From Intoshia linei (Eukaryota; Animalia; Orthonectida), in the NCBI GenBank assembly GCA_001642005.1, contig LWCA01000196.1, positions 1-41,375 of the forward strand: DNA of 41,375 nt, read 5' to 3'. Positions 24,103 to 37,608 of the stretch are shown here, one piece after another. The notes under the pieces were generated by a model. That model ran no database searches. It was not told the origin of the DNA and saw only the letters and a list, made by a program, of their open reading frames with translations. Positions within the stretch are counted from its first letter, which is position 1. Each line of letters opens with the position of its first letter. A program made the translations under genes and the position numbers.

Positions 24103-25228
24103 TTATACAGTTTTAAATGGATCAATGGACCAACCAGCTATATTGGCCAATTTTATGTGTTTATCAACTTCAGCTTCAGGGTTATACTGTTGAATTCGTA
24201 ATAATTCACTTTGTTTGAAATTTTCAAAATCTTGTTGCATTCGAGCTTCTTTGCGTTGAGTCAACTTCATGTTTAATAACCGGTCTCGCCTTTCACGTCG
24301 TTTTTGACGATGACGTTTCATTTGACGACTTTTCAGTACCAGCTAAATAGTTGATCATTAATGATTCATACTAAATAGTTGTACTATAAATTAACATGGT
24401 AAAATTTTCAATCAACTCAAAAAAATAATGGGATTTCTTTAAAAAATAAACAATAAAAGATTCTGATAAATTTTTTTATAACTAATATTCATTTACGGAT
24501 ATTTTTTCGAAATACAAAATGATACCAAGTTGACCACTAGTGATGTAATTAATTGAAAAGGTATATCCTAACTTATATAATATGCTATGCGATTTTTGTT
24601 GGTGTGTGTGTGTGTTCAACTTTATTTAAATAACTACCTGTCTTAGAATTTTATAAAATTCACATTTCAATTACAGTTTTTTCCGGGTGTTCGCAAAATA
24701 AATTTCAACCTCCCAAACTCACATGTTACGGGTCAAAAACTACATTTGTCCTTTTTTTTGAAAATCAAACAAGTTGAAGAATTTAAAAAAATTTAAATGT
24801 GGTAGAGTTGTATCCTGTTAACACCCACAAAAAATTTCAATCCAAATAAGTGACGACTCCACGGTCAAAAAAGCATTTTAGTATTCATATATTTTTTTTC
24901 CGAAATATTTTATTAAAACAAAAAATGTGAATAATGTTCAACTTGAGAAATCTACGTATTCCCGGTGAAAAATAATATTTATTTAAAATAAAAATGTAAA
25001 TATTGATCATACAATTTCGAAAAAAATGTACATTGAACGTCTACACATTTCCAATAAAGAAATATGGGTGATAAAAAATGTTGTACCTGATTAATTGAAC
25101 GATTCGCAAAATTTAAAACATTCAAGTTTGTCAAGTATCCAAATAGAACATTTGCATTATTTTGAATCAATTTAGCTAAATTTACATACAAATAAAAAAT
25201 TTCAAAAATTACTTTTAAAAATATTCAT
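24103..25228 (-). CDS. AURKAIP1: Mitochondrial ribosomal protein mS38 / Aurora kinase A-interacting protein
   Basis: Last exon LVLKSRQMKRHRQKRRERRDR...KEARMQQDFE is the basic mS38-type motif. Putative presequence exons 25228-25213 and ~25175-25087 (MNIFKTKLIQNNANVLFG...). Middle exons unresolved. Confidence 0.65.
24566..25070 (+). mobile_element. Helitron-like family, 5' portion
   Basis: A|TCCTAACTTATATA plus (GT)n; body matches the copy at 10795. Confidence 0.75.
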
Positions 25229-25372
25229 TGCTGATAAAGTTAAATTAAATACATTGAATTGAAATTTATTTTAACAGTTTAAATTTTTACAATTCGGATT
25301 TTTTATAAATTCTATTTATTTGAAAATTAATACTATTAACATTAATTAATATATTAACAATATATTTGCACA
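25229..25372. promoter_or_regulatory. Putative bidirectional promoter between mS38 and LSm5
   Basis: Divergent predicted start codons only ~145 bp apart. Confidence 0.4.
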
Positions 25373-28260
25373 ATGGAATCATCTATTTTACCTCTAGGTA
25401 ATTTATATTTCTAAATTGAAATATGAAAATATTGCATTTCAATAAAACAAGAATTTGTTAAATTCTACAGTAGGGTGTCCACTTTTTTTATTAGAAATAC
25501 CCATTTTGCATGTGGATGTCTTTTTTGATTATAAATTTAAAATCAAAAAGACATCTACGTGCTAAATGAGTTTTCAAATAAAAAAAAAATCCTATTGAAC
25601 ACTTTTAATTAATAACAATAGACATTGAAATTTGAATTACCTAGTTTAAAAATAGTTGCAATTATGTATATATCACCTGAAAAAATCCAACATTTCAAAA
25701 TTTTTGTTGAGTAATGTTTATTTACAATTGTTAATTTGTGAAAAAATTTTTTTGCGAAGAATACAATGTGTAATTCAAAGTACCTGTTATATTTGACTGG
25801 ATTCAATGTAAATTTTATTATACTCTCAATTTGTGTTTTAGAATTAATTGACAAATGTATTGGATCAAGAATACACATTGTGATGAAACATGAAGTTGAA
25901 ATTGTTGGAACTTTGCTAGGATTTGATGATTTCGTGAGTAAGTATAATTTGTATATTTCAGGTTGTTAAATTATTATAAATTTTGAATGTGCATATAAAT
26001 GTTATTGATATTAAAACTAGTTTTTGACCAGGAATATGGATTTATGAGGTTGAAATTTTTTTTCTAGGCATCAGGAATAAACTGTCAATCAATCTTTTTT
26101 TTATATTATGGGACCATATCATATAATTTGTAAATAAAAACAATAAATGGAAAGATACTTTTTTTTTAATAATAATTTAAATAATTTTTTTGAATTTAGG
26201 TCCTAGAATTTAGGATTAGTTTTTTTACTCTATCGATATTGTGTTTTTCTCTCTACTTGTGAGGTTTTTTTGATTTTACCATCAAATGTATTTAGATTTT
26301 AAAAAATGTCTCAATATCACCAATGGAGTTAGTTTTGTATAATATTTCACTTGTGAGTTACTTATCCCTCAAAAAATGAAAATTTGGTGACTCCACCCCA
26401 AACAGGTTAAAAGACCGATTTCTTCAGTAGATTTGTTGTTACTATATATATTGATGGGCGAATACGTTATGTTAGTGTTACCAATTGAAATCATTAAAAA
26501 TACTGTGTTATGATGATGTAAAACTATTTATGTTAGTTATACTTTTATTAAAATTAATAGTTGTAATGAAACTTTTTAGATATGGTGTTGGAAGATGTAA
26601 CTGAATTGTAATTTTTTTTATAATGTAATGTTTATCATCAAAGGTGTTACCAGCATTGCTAATATTGGTACCAGCAATATTAAAAAATTAATTTATTTTT
26701 GTAAAATAAAAAAATTGTCAAATTCTATAAAAAATAAAATTGTAAATAAACCTGTATATTGAGTATCTTCTTTCGATGATTAAAAAATATTACTTTTTGA
26801 TCAATAATTAACGGAAACAGTAGTTTAAAAACATATTTCGGATGAATTTTACGATCATTGCCATTTGCAAAGCATTGTAATAAATAAAAAAATGATAATA
26901 ACAAAGTTTACTTTTAGTTGGTGTAGATTTTAAATAAATTTTGTTTAATTTTTTGAAAATGAAAAATTGTGAAGCAATGAAAATATGTCGGAAGGAATGA
27001 ATTATATATATTTTCACCAATATTTCTTTATTGGAAATGTGTAGACGTTCAATTCATATTATTTTATGAAATTAGTAGGATCAATATTTACATTTTTGAT
27101 TTTAATGGAAATATTTGAAAAATATTGGTTGATAATTAATTAAAAATTACTTTTAACCAGGAATGCGTAGATTTCTGGGATTGAAATTTTTTGTGTGTTA
27201 ACAGGATACAACTGTACCACCTGTAAAATTTTTTTTTTAAATTCTAGGGCTGTTTTCGTTTCAAAAAAAATGGTTATGTGTGGTTTTGATCGTGAAAATT
27301 TTGTTTTTTGAGGATCCATTTATGATAGTGTTTATAATTTTAAAAACTATCCTAGAATTTATGTTTAAAAAAAATTTAGGACATGTTTCATTTATAAAAC
27401 CAAGGGATACAATTGGGGTTTTTGACCTGTGAGATGTGAGTTTTGTGGTTGAAATTTATTTTACTTTCACCCCGGAAAAAAACTGTAATAGAAATGTGGA
27501 CTTTATAAAATTCTAAGACTCGTAGTTATTGAAATAAACGATAACACACACAGACAAACAAAGAATTTTATATAAGTATGGATTTATCTAATCTGATGGT
27601 AGCTAATTATAATTACGACTACAATCCCCAATTTAAATTTGAAATTAGTGAAACAACTCAAGAAGGAAGAAAAATCACTAAATTAAATCAAATTTTACTT
27701 AATGGAAATAATATTACAATGGTTATTTTATTATTTGTATATCAGAGAGTAGTATTACCTCAATATTTATCTATTTTGTTCAGTAATGTATATTGTAGTT
27801 ATACCAATCCTGATCTTTTTTATTAGCGTTTCCCTAATAGTTCTCGCATTGACTCTATCGAAATAGGACACCACGAAAATGTTTTATTAGATGTCTGTAT
27901 AAGTTAGCGGTGGATGTTGCCAAAAACTAAAATATTTTAAATTTATAAATCACACCTTATTAGTAAAGGGTGCCTTTTTGGGAATTTATCAAGTTTCTAA
28001 TTCAATGGTAAATTTTGAAAAGTTAACATTTCACAATATGTAAAAAAACTTATGCTAATATAGTGAAAAGTAATATTGAAATATTTTCACGGACTTTTTG
28101 GATAGCAGTCCCCGTTTGAGAATCTCTGATAAAAATGGTCAATTTTCAATCATTTAAAATTTGTTTAAAAATTTGAGTGACCAACTGTTCTTCAATTGAA
28201 TGGTAATATTATATATTTATAATTTAGTTAATTCCTGGAGGAGAAGGGCCTGAAATTTAA
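25373..28260 (+). CDS. LSM5: U6 snRNA-associated Sm-like protein LSm5
   Basis: Five exons (approx. 25373-25397, 25842-25937, 26580-26607, 27649-27721, 28228-28260): [84 protein letters not shown]. Confidence 0.96.
26900..27582 (-). mobile_element. Helitron-like family copy in an LSm5 intron
   Basis: Minus-strand 5' end A|TCCATACTTATATAAAATTCTTTGTTTGTCTGTGTG; body matches the other copies. Confidence 0.75.
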
Positions 28261-28426
28261 TATCTACAAATGTACATTTCCTGTATAACAAATTGTACTT
28301 TAAAATTAAAATTTACAAATACACTACAAATTACGTACAGTACATCATTTTATAAATTGAAATAAAGTTGATCAATTTGTTTAATATAATTTGACATTAA
28401 AAAGGTTTCAAAACAATACATGAAAA

Positions 28427-31240
28427 ATGTTTTGTTTTTCAAAGTATGTAAAACTCTACACACAAAGATGCTTTACCTCAAAATTCATTAGAACTGCAAG
28501 TTTTCATTTAACAAACACTGATATATCACAGTCGACAACCCTGAAACTTTCAAAATCGAATCCAATTAATCAACGACGCAGTATTCATCCAAATACAACC
28601 CAAGGTTATGTTATTATGCCACCTGAAATGCCGCCCGATACAGAACTGGACAATTCCTACCTTAGAACAAATGAAATTCAAGACTTTTCGGATTCAACGC
28701 CGGATAAAATGATTAGGGCAATGGCCAAGCTGTGTCAAATCTACGACATGGAATTGGAAAAACAAATCAGCAATATAAAAATGAACCCCACAAACTCATT
28801 CAACAGTATATTTTCAAACATTGAGCAAGTTTATGCACCGTTAAGGAGTACCTTCAACATTTCAAATCAACTGTACGAGCTTTCAAATATTTATGACAAT
28901 GCATGTTCCAGAACGATGGAATTACACGAAAGAGTGTCATTTGACACTCTTTCAGATAAATCATTATACAAAATAATCAAAAAATTGTACAATGATGACG
29001 GCAAATATCTGAACAAAGAACAATTGTACATTTGTAACATCTTTCTATCTCGAATGCAATATTATGGACCACACTTATCCATTTCCAAATCTGAGGCTTT
29101 GCAAAATGTTTTTAATCGATACGCGAGACATTATTTCGATTTTAAATGTGTAGTAAAATTAAGTATGGATCAATTTTCGTACCAGCACGATAATTTGGAC
29201 GACTTGCGAGAAATGCCTCCAAACCAGTTAATGTACATGTCTGTCAATAAAAATGAACCAAGGTTGGGACCCTGGAACGTTTCCTTGGATAAAAGAAGTG
29301 TAATGCCGTTTCTAGAGTACTGTTCTAGTCCTAAAGCTAGATATTTTGCTTGGAACGCACTAGTTAATATTTCTTCATTAAAACACAACACACTAAAATT
29401 ATCAAATCACAATAGAATTGTCAAATTAATGACTGAACGGGAATCCATTTGCAAGCATTTAAATTACCCATCTTTTGTAGACATTTTTTTAAATGAAACT
29501 GAATTTACGAGTTTAGATCAAGTTGAAAATTTTATCAACGATTTGAAATGCAAAATTAAACCTTTGGTTGACTTGGATTATGCAGAAATTTGTAAATTTG
29601 CACATGAAAATGAATGCACACATACTATTGAAGCTTGGGATGTAGATTTTTGGAAACGGAAATTTATTGACGATAAAATATATAATGTTGGTTTAAATTC
29701 TTGTGATGGAACGAGTTTTCATGAATATTTTGGTTATTCTTCAATGCTGAATAATTGCTGGAAAATTTTGTCTGATTTATTTGATTTGAATCTTACTGAA
29801 ACTACTACCAATATTCATCCATGGGGGGAAGGTGTTAAAATGTTTTCAGTGGCAAAGGATGACCAAATTTTTGGTCACATTTTTATTGACCCTCTGTCAC
29901 CATACAATTCTAATCAGTTTCGACATGTTGCTGGGCAAGTTAGATCTAAAATGACAAATTCTTTACCTACTGCTTATATAAATTTGTACAATTTACCTCC
30001 AATTTCCCAACAGTTTGTCAAATGGGATTATTCCATGAATGTAAATTCTTTTGTTTCATTTATTCAACAGTTGGGATCAGCTCTAGAATACATTTGTACC
30101 AATTCAGAGTTTAGTTTGATTCAATTTGAACGTGGAGCGTTGGGTAGTATTAGTCAAACTGTTTTTAAGGAAATTTTTACTCAACCGCTTTTTTTGAATA
30201 AAATTTTGGTCAATCAATCTAATGAAAGATTACCGCTCGATATTTGCAAAAGGATTCATTCTGGTAAATTCATTTTATGTAGTTTGGAATTTTCTCTTTT
30301 TTTGTATTATATTGATGGTTTAGGTCAGAGGTCGGGAAGCATTTACTATTCGAAGGCCGTATTCAATTTAGTAAAATCTTATGAGAAAAAACCAAAATTT
30401 TACCAATTCTTAAAGAAAAAAGCTAATTTTACCAACCTTTAAGGAAAAAACCCCATTTTAAATCAAAAATCCCTCTATCTGATCACCGCTTTTACCAATA
30501 TTTTTTTGAAAATGAAGGACGAGTGTACTGGTCCGTGAAGGATGTTTACTGGTCCCCTGTCAAAAAAGTGTGGGAACCCCTGCTATAAATTACTAATATT
30601 TTTCAAACATATATTAATTTTTATTTTTATAGCTATTCATACAAGTAGTTACAATTACATGTATTCATTGTTTTTATCTGCCATGGACTTGGAACTGAAT
30701 GGAAGGTTATTTTTAATTCAGCGGTTCACTTGAAGTATTAATTTTGGTTTATATAATGTGGCCATTTTCAATACATGTAGTATTGTTATTAACACTCACC
30801 TAAATACTTTTCGTAGAATTAGAATTAGAACAATTTTTGGACATAAATATTTATTTAGATGGTCCCATTGGAATGACGCAACTAAAGCTATATGGAGATT
30901 CTTTATGCCTGTAGCTTTGAACGTAGACGATAAACGCGCCTGTAGTTTAGATATTCTTTATAATGACAAAACAGCCGGCCGCTTATTCCAAAAACAATGG
31001 ATCGAGACTATGGGTTACGATATTGCGGAAAAAATGTTATCCAATTCTACAAATGAAGCAAATTTTCTAGCCATAACGAGAAAATACGAAAAAATAATTT
31101 TAAAAAAAAGTAATACATTCCGACCCATTGAAATGACCAGAAATTTTCTCCAAAGAGAACCTTCCTCCGATGCTGTATTTAACCATTTTTCGAAACACTG
31201 TTTGACGAAAATTACAATTTTGAATGTGAATAAATTATAA
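28427..31240 (+). CDS. Peptidase M3A (oligopeptidase A-like) protein lacking the zinc motif
   Basis: Exons 28427-30263, 30633-30706, 30859-31240. M3 landmarks GPWNVSL, IEAWDVDFWK, HPWGEGVKMFSV, GHIFIDP, FLQREPSSDA. N-terminus is basic and S/T-rich, like a mitochondrial presequence. Confidence 0.85.
30326..30581. mobile_element. MITE in the peptidase intron
   Basis: Ends in GTGGGAACCCCTG; internal part is the reverse complement of ~18160-18370. Confidence 0.55.
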
Positions 31241-31291
31241 ATTAAAAGTTTAAAATAAATATACAATAGACAATACATTTACAGAATGAAA

Positions 31292-34200
31292 TTAATAGCA
31301 ATCAATAATGAGGGGTATGTGATCTGATGGTATGTGCTTGTTTGGACAAGCAATAGCATTATTTTTTTCAAACCTAAAGATGGAATTAACATTAAAATAT
31401 ATAAGTGTTTACCATTTAGGATCAATTCCTAAACATTTTCGAGCAATTCTAATTCCATTTTTAGATGTAAAAATATAATCAATTGTAGCTTGAAATCCAG
31501 GCTTAAAATGAGTAAAAGGGAGGTAAGAGTTTTCGTATGCATTTTGCAAAATTAATTTGTGTTTGATAAAGCTTAATAAATTGATACGCATGTCGAGTTC
31601 GCGAATAGAATTGTCTATAATAGCATTGTCCGTTTCAACGATGCCTTTTAATATCAAGTTTAATACTGGTGAATCGGGTAAAGAATTGAAATCACCGCAT
31701 AAAATTACAGCAATTTCAAAGCCTTCACTGGAAAAGTTTTCGTAAACTTGCTGAATATTTCTCAATAGATTTACACATTGCATTAATTTTATATGTTTTT
31801 CTTCTTCTTGGTAGTATAAATGTGCATTGGCTACAATAATGTATTGGGGACAAGTATGTTTAAAATTATTGGCTACATGAAGTATAGAAATAATGGCGAC
31901 ATTATCTTTTAAACGTAGTTGGTTTGAGATTATACAATCGGTAGGTAAAAAATCTGAAACATTTAAATCAATTTCATAGCAATTGAGCACATTAAATCTA
32001 AAATTTAAATGTGAAAATAAGTTTCAAGAGTAATCCAATTTTTCCCATCTCATTATATTATATGGTCGCAAATATATAAATGTATATATATAAATGTATC
32101 GTAAATATTTAGATTAAAAATATTGTATGGATACTAAAAGACTTTTTCTCGGTTGGGTAAACAAAACTAACATTTAGAACGATTCAAACTTAATGTATAA
32201 AAAATAACCGATTTCTATGAACCATCATTAAACAACCATCCACATCAGCTTTTCTACTATCATTAAAGGTGCGACTACGGAGTTTTGCCATGTAGATGGT
32301 AATGTAATCTTGAAAATTTTCATTTGTTAAAATTTCTTGTGTGTATACTTTTCCCTGGATTTCTTGCAAGCAGACAATGTCTGGTTTAAAGTGTATTATA
32401 CAGTCGTAAATAAGTTTAGCTCGATTCTCCCACACGGAGAAATTTTTAGAACAATATCGTACATATCGTGATGCAATATAGTCGCTTAATACGTTATAAT
32501 TTAAAATTCGAAATGTTTGCAAATCTAAATATTTACATTAAACAACATTAAAATGCACAAACTTTCAGGAATAACAGCCATATGCAACGTGTCTTGCCAT
32601 TTTCTGTGAGGTTTTTCAGAGTTTTCTAAAAAATTAAATAATATTGTTTATAATAACTGTTCAATGCTTCTAAAATAAGGATTGATAGTTTAACATTTTA
32701 TCACGAAAAAATCAATCAGGAATCACAAAACATTTTTATTATAATGCTTTGCAATCTTGGTAACATTCATCTGAAATATGTTTCTAAAATGCTGATTCCG
32801 TTAATTATTAAAAAAAAATAAATATTTTTTACTCATGGAAAGCAGATACTGAATATATACCACCACATTAAAAAATAAAATACGGGTTTATTTACAATTT
32901 TTAGAATTGTACTTTTTTACTTTATTTTTAAAATTATATACACATTCTGTCTAATAAATTAAAAAAAAGGGATAAAAATTGTTTTTAAAATTCTTTACTC
33001 AAATGTCAACAAAATAAAATTAAGATGGAATAATTAACTTTAAATTAAAAGGTAATGTGATATAACGGGTCCACGTGAAACAAGTTTAAGAAATTAAATT
33101 AGTTAGATTTTCTTACTGAATTTATTTTTTTAATAGAATAAAATTGTGCACTCGGTAGAGCTAGATGCTGTTTGTACGTAGTACATAATAAAATGTTACC
33201 TTCCATAAGAAACATGAAATGATTAATGATTTCATGAGTGGATTTTCCATTGTTGTATAATTTTAGTAAATTTTCACTTAATGGATTTTTATCAAGATCT
33301 AAAAAATATATAAAAAAATGTCCGTTGACACATACGAAGAATGTGTATAAAATGTCAAAAATTGAATTTTATTAAACATCTCCGAAAATGAGTACCAAAG
33401 GAGCAACGTGTAAATCGTTAATAACCATTGTAAAACTTTAATAAAATGTATAACATTGAACAAGTGCAAATTTCTTTCAGAGCACCTTAACATTATTGTA
33501 CTCTGACAAGAAATTTGAGCTTATTTTATAAATAGTTTCAAACTTTTACTTTGATAATTCTTCGGTGAACATTTTAAGATTTAATCCTTACATATACAAA
33601 GTACAACGGTGTAAAACTGTATGTCTGTTTATTTATTTATCTGTTCCAGTTTATTTAAGAAAGTAATGGAGTCGAGTTTTACAAATTCGATATTCTTAAA
33701 ACAGTTTTTCCAGAGTCATGTTTTATCGCAAATTTCAATTTCAGAAATTGTCTCCTTCACAGCTAAAATCCTCAATTGTCCTTTGTTTTTAAATTCAAAC
33801 CCGTCCTAGAATTATAAAAAATACACATTCTAATAAAAAGTTTTAAATTCATCAATATTATGATAATTTTCAATTTCAAAATCTTACATCTTCACGGGCA
33901 AAACTCCAAATTACCCTTTTTTGTAATAATTAAAAAAGTCGCATAATTTTGTACAACATAAATTCTGGAATAGTTTTTAAATTCATAAGCATTATCATAA
34001 AAGGTTATTTTCACGGTCGAAAACCAAGATTACCTTTTTTTTAAAAAGTAAAACAGCCTAGAATTTTAAAAAAGTTAAGATGCCATAAAATGTTAAAAAT
34101 ATTCTATTCAAAATCCTACAAAATTTTGGTCCCAAAATTGTCTTCAAAACCTTTAAAAATTGGATAAAAAAAAACATTTCATAAAATATTTAATTGTTGA

Positions 34201-36473
34201 CAATATTTTTGTGGTTTCTTCACGGTTTCTTTAATGACAATGACTAAAAATTTGTAGGGTTTTTAATTTAAGTTTTTTATCCATTTTTTAATTCATTTTA
34301 AAGATTTTGAAGATAATTTTGGTCATTGTCATTAAATAAAACATTGAAGAAACCACAAAAATATTGTCGAAAAATAAATATTATGATTCATTATCAAAGT
34401 GGATGATTATGTTCCCTCTAAGATAGTGGTTCCCAACATACTTCGCAGTTGGTACCCCATAATAATTTAATCAATTAAAAAATTGTTAAAACTCTACTTG
34501 ACCAAAAATAGATATGTGAAAAATTGTTAATGATAGAACTGACAAAATAGAAACGTACATATATTTAATATGTCACCTTATAATAGCAGAGACTATCAAA
34601 TAGACGTAAATACATAAGGAACTAAGTATATTATTAGTAATAATAGTAATAATTTATTACAAATTAATTTTCTATTATTTTTGAGGAATTTAAAAAATAT
34701 CTATAATTTATGAGTCATAGTATCAGATAAGCTGGTACCTCTTAGGGGACCCAGTACTCCACTTAGGAACCTCTGCTCTAAGATGTATGGCTCAACTCAA
34801 TGTTCGCCGTTTTATTTTGATATTTTATAAATAAGAATAAAAAACATGCAAATCATGTATAAGTAACTTGTTGGATTCTAAATTAAATTCCTCATAATAC
34901 TCAGTGGTAAAAACTTACTAGGAAACCTCAATTGTTCTATTTTGGGACCATTGTTTTTATTATAGTAATACAGTAACCTCACTGTAATAATTTCCATAAG
35001 CTTTAAAATTACAGTATAAATTTTATGGAAAACAATTAGTAGTCAGTAACAAAGACAATATTCTAGTCATAAAACAAAATTATTAAATTTCAAATTCAAA
35101 ATGGGACAAAAGATTTATCAATATTCATGATTCTCTGATACATGAACCAATGGATATAAAATATATAGTAAACAATACCTGAAAAACATGTTTTATTTAG
35201 GGAACATTAGCAGATAAAGGTTAATCAACTTAAAATGGGTTAGTTAGCGATTTAGATTTTTGTATTTAAGCTTTAAATTTCCCAGTGTTTCCCATGAAAA
35301 ATATCAAATTACCCACTCGTGGGTAAATACCCACAGGTTGGGAATCACTGATTTAAGGTATTACTAAAAACAGAATTTTACTAATAAGCTTGATTAATAT
35401 GCATTTTTTGTATATAATATGGAAAACAAAACCGCCGCAAAATTAAGATATAAATCAGTCAAATAAACATAACAATTAGACACATTTTCTTTTTTACGTA
35501 TTTTTATTAGAACAAAGTATATTCTTAATAAATATACATGACTATTAGTGATTAATAAAGTATATTTCGAATGATTAGTTAAACAAATAAAAAATAATGA
35601 CATAAAAATTTACCCATAGTGACTAATCGATAAAGCCTCCCAATTTCATTGGGTAAATCAATAATTAAATTTTGAGCTGCAAGTAATTGTTGTAGGGATT
35701 GAAGTTTGCCAATAGAATTTGGCAATTTTTTAATTTTATTATTGCTGCAATTTAAAACCTCCAATTTGTACAAATTACCAATCTAAAAAATAAAAGTACA
35801 TATACTAAGTCCTAGTCAGTAATACCCACGTAAATAAGCTATCTAAATTTTTTGATGACTACCAGAATAGATGATTTAGGTAGGGTATTACATTCAATTT
35901 CCAATTAAATCGAAATTAAATATACAAGAATTTGTTGAAAACGAACCACCATATAATAATCCATAAAAAAGAATAAATAAAATCAACTCATCTGGTTTAT
36001 TTGACATGTCATTTTGTTGTCGTAAAATTGTAATAAGAGTAAAAATGAATTAAACATTACATATTCAGGAATAAATTCAACTCTGTTGTTTGATAAATTG
36101 AGTTGAGTGAGATAAGTCCAATTGCATATAGAAGCTGTAATAACATGAACATCTAATAAAAATGAAAACGATCAAAACAATAAAAACATCCTGTAATATG
36201 TAAGCTTGACCAACTAGTGTCCTTATCTTTTGTAGAATCTTTTTCCCTAAATTAGACATACATTTTTTCACATTTCAGTAAAAATATACTGATAAGTCAA
36301 ATTTAGTGGCGTATAAACGTTTATTCTTTGAACCTCTTTCCTGCTAAAAATATGAACAAATTTATAAATATTTACAATTCTTGGCGAGATTTTTCCAAAT
36401 CACTTTGAACATTAGGATCACATGTCTCAATTGGTTCATTTTTAAAAAATTTTTCATTTTCTTCAACTGTCAT
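31292..36473 (-). CDS. CNOT6: CCR4-NOT deadenylase subunit (LRR + EEP domain)
   Basis: About ten exons: SWSSLHITG, LRR exons (LTQLNLSNNRVEFIPE, LEVLNCSNNKIKKLPNSIG, LPNEIGRLYRL, LDKNPL) and intact EEP motifs NYNVL, CLQE, NAHL, CGDFNS, TIDYIF, PSDHIPL. Confidence 0.93.
33585..34080 (+). mobile_element. Helitron-like 5' fragment in a CNOT6 intron
   Basis: A|TCCTTACATATACAAAG...GTATGTCTGTTT. A separate 3'-end fragment lies at ~33120-33190. Confidence 0.55.
34424..34775. mobile_element. hAT MITE
   Basis: TAGTGGTTCCCAA / TTAGGAACCTCTG termini, TSD CTCTAAGA (34416-34423, 34776-34783). Confidence 0.8.
35283..35350. mobile_element. Minimal 68-bp hAT MITE
   Basis: CAGTGTTTCCCA...TGGGAATCACTG. Confidence 0.55.
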
Positions 36474-37608
36474 TATTCAACTACAAAATTATAATATTAA
36501 ATGAAAACTTTAAAAGTGATTAGTATAAAACTAAAAAAGAAATGTAATTACTTTTTATAAAATCATTATAAAATCATTGTAAATTCAAATTAAATTTATT
36601 GGCTATATAAATATGAACTACACATGATTCAGTCATTTTTTATTTATAAATTTACAGTTATGATTTATCAATAAAGTATTTGTTACCTAGATATTTATGA
36701 TTTATATTAGTTGTTGGATTTATAATTTAATAATTCACAATTGTGAATAATTTAGCATTTGTACGTACTAAATACTTTTTAATCAACCTTTATGAGTTGT
36801 TTCCATCGTATTAAAGTATATTTTACTTAACTGGTACAATTTTTTATAATTAACTTGCATAAAAGTACAACTGATACAAACAGGGCCATGAAGAGGGGTT
36901 GGGCCCTCAAAATCATATTTTCCCACTTTTTCAATTTAGAATATAATATGTCATGTAAATTTCTTAAGGGTACCAAAATTATCGCATAATTATATGTTCT
37001 ATACAACTTCCAGCGGATATTTTTAATTTTTAGATAATAAACAACCGATTAAGCAATGTAAATGTCCTATATTTAAATTTTTTTTATAGGGTCTACAATT
37101 TCCATTTGCCCGGGCATATAGCTGTCTCTCCACGGTCCTGGGTACCAATATAAAAATAAAATTTGCAAGTTATATACTTTTTACACATTGTATTGCTATT
37201 TTTTTCCAATATATTGTGATATTCAAATTTTAGGTTAAAGTTTACAAAACATTTCCGTTAAAGATATTTTGACAAAATAAAAATTTTTGATAAAGAAAAA
37301 AATTAAAATTAAGCCATAAATTCATTTTAATATAAAAAATATCTAAAAATTACATAAAATGCAAATAAATTTATTGTGGATAATTATTATTGTACATTTG
37401 TACAAATTGGAGAATTATATAATAAACTTATATTTATATACATTTTCTAATTAATGAATAGGATAATAAATAGTATTTTTTATTTTATACATTTCTGTAA
37501 ATTTTTGTATTAATTATATTTTTTATAAATGTATTACCTTTACCGATTAAGCTTATAAAGTTTTATTTTCCATATTCATGAAACTTAGTCTTCAACATTG
37601 AAAATTAG

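Noticed and set aside
29170-29391. Antisense ORFs (also 31015-31278, 31557-31745, 39778-40077, 7516-8170, 22722-22925)
   Set aside because: Shadows of real coding exons with no recognisable product.
30264-30442. Last ~60 aa of the 671-aa ORF
   Set aside because: Read-through into an intron (donor G|GTAAAT at 30264) containing a MITE; homology resumes at 30633.
36150-36195. Non-canonical GA-AG intron in CNOT6
   Set aside because: A GT donor three bases downstream keeps the frame and the alignment.
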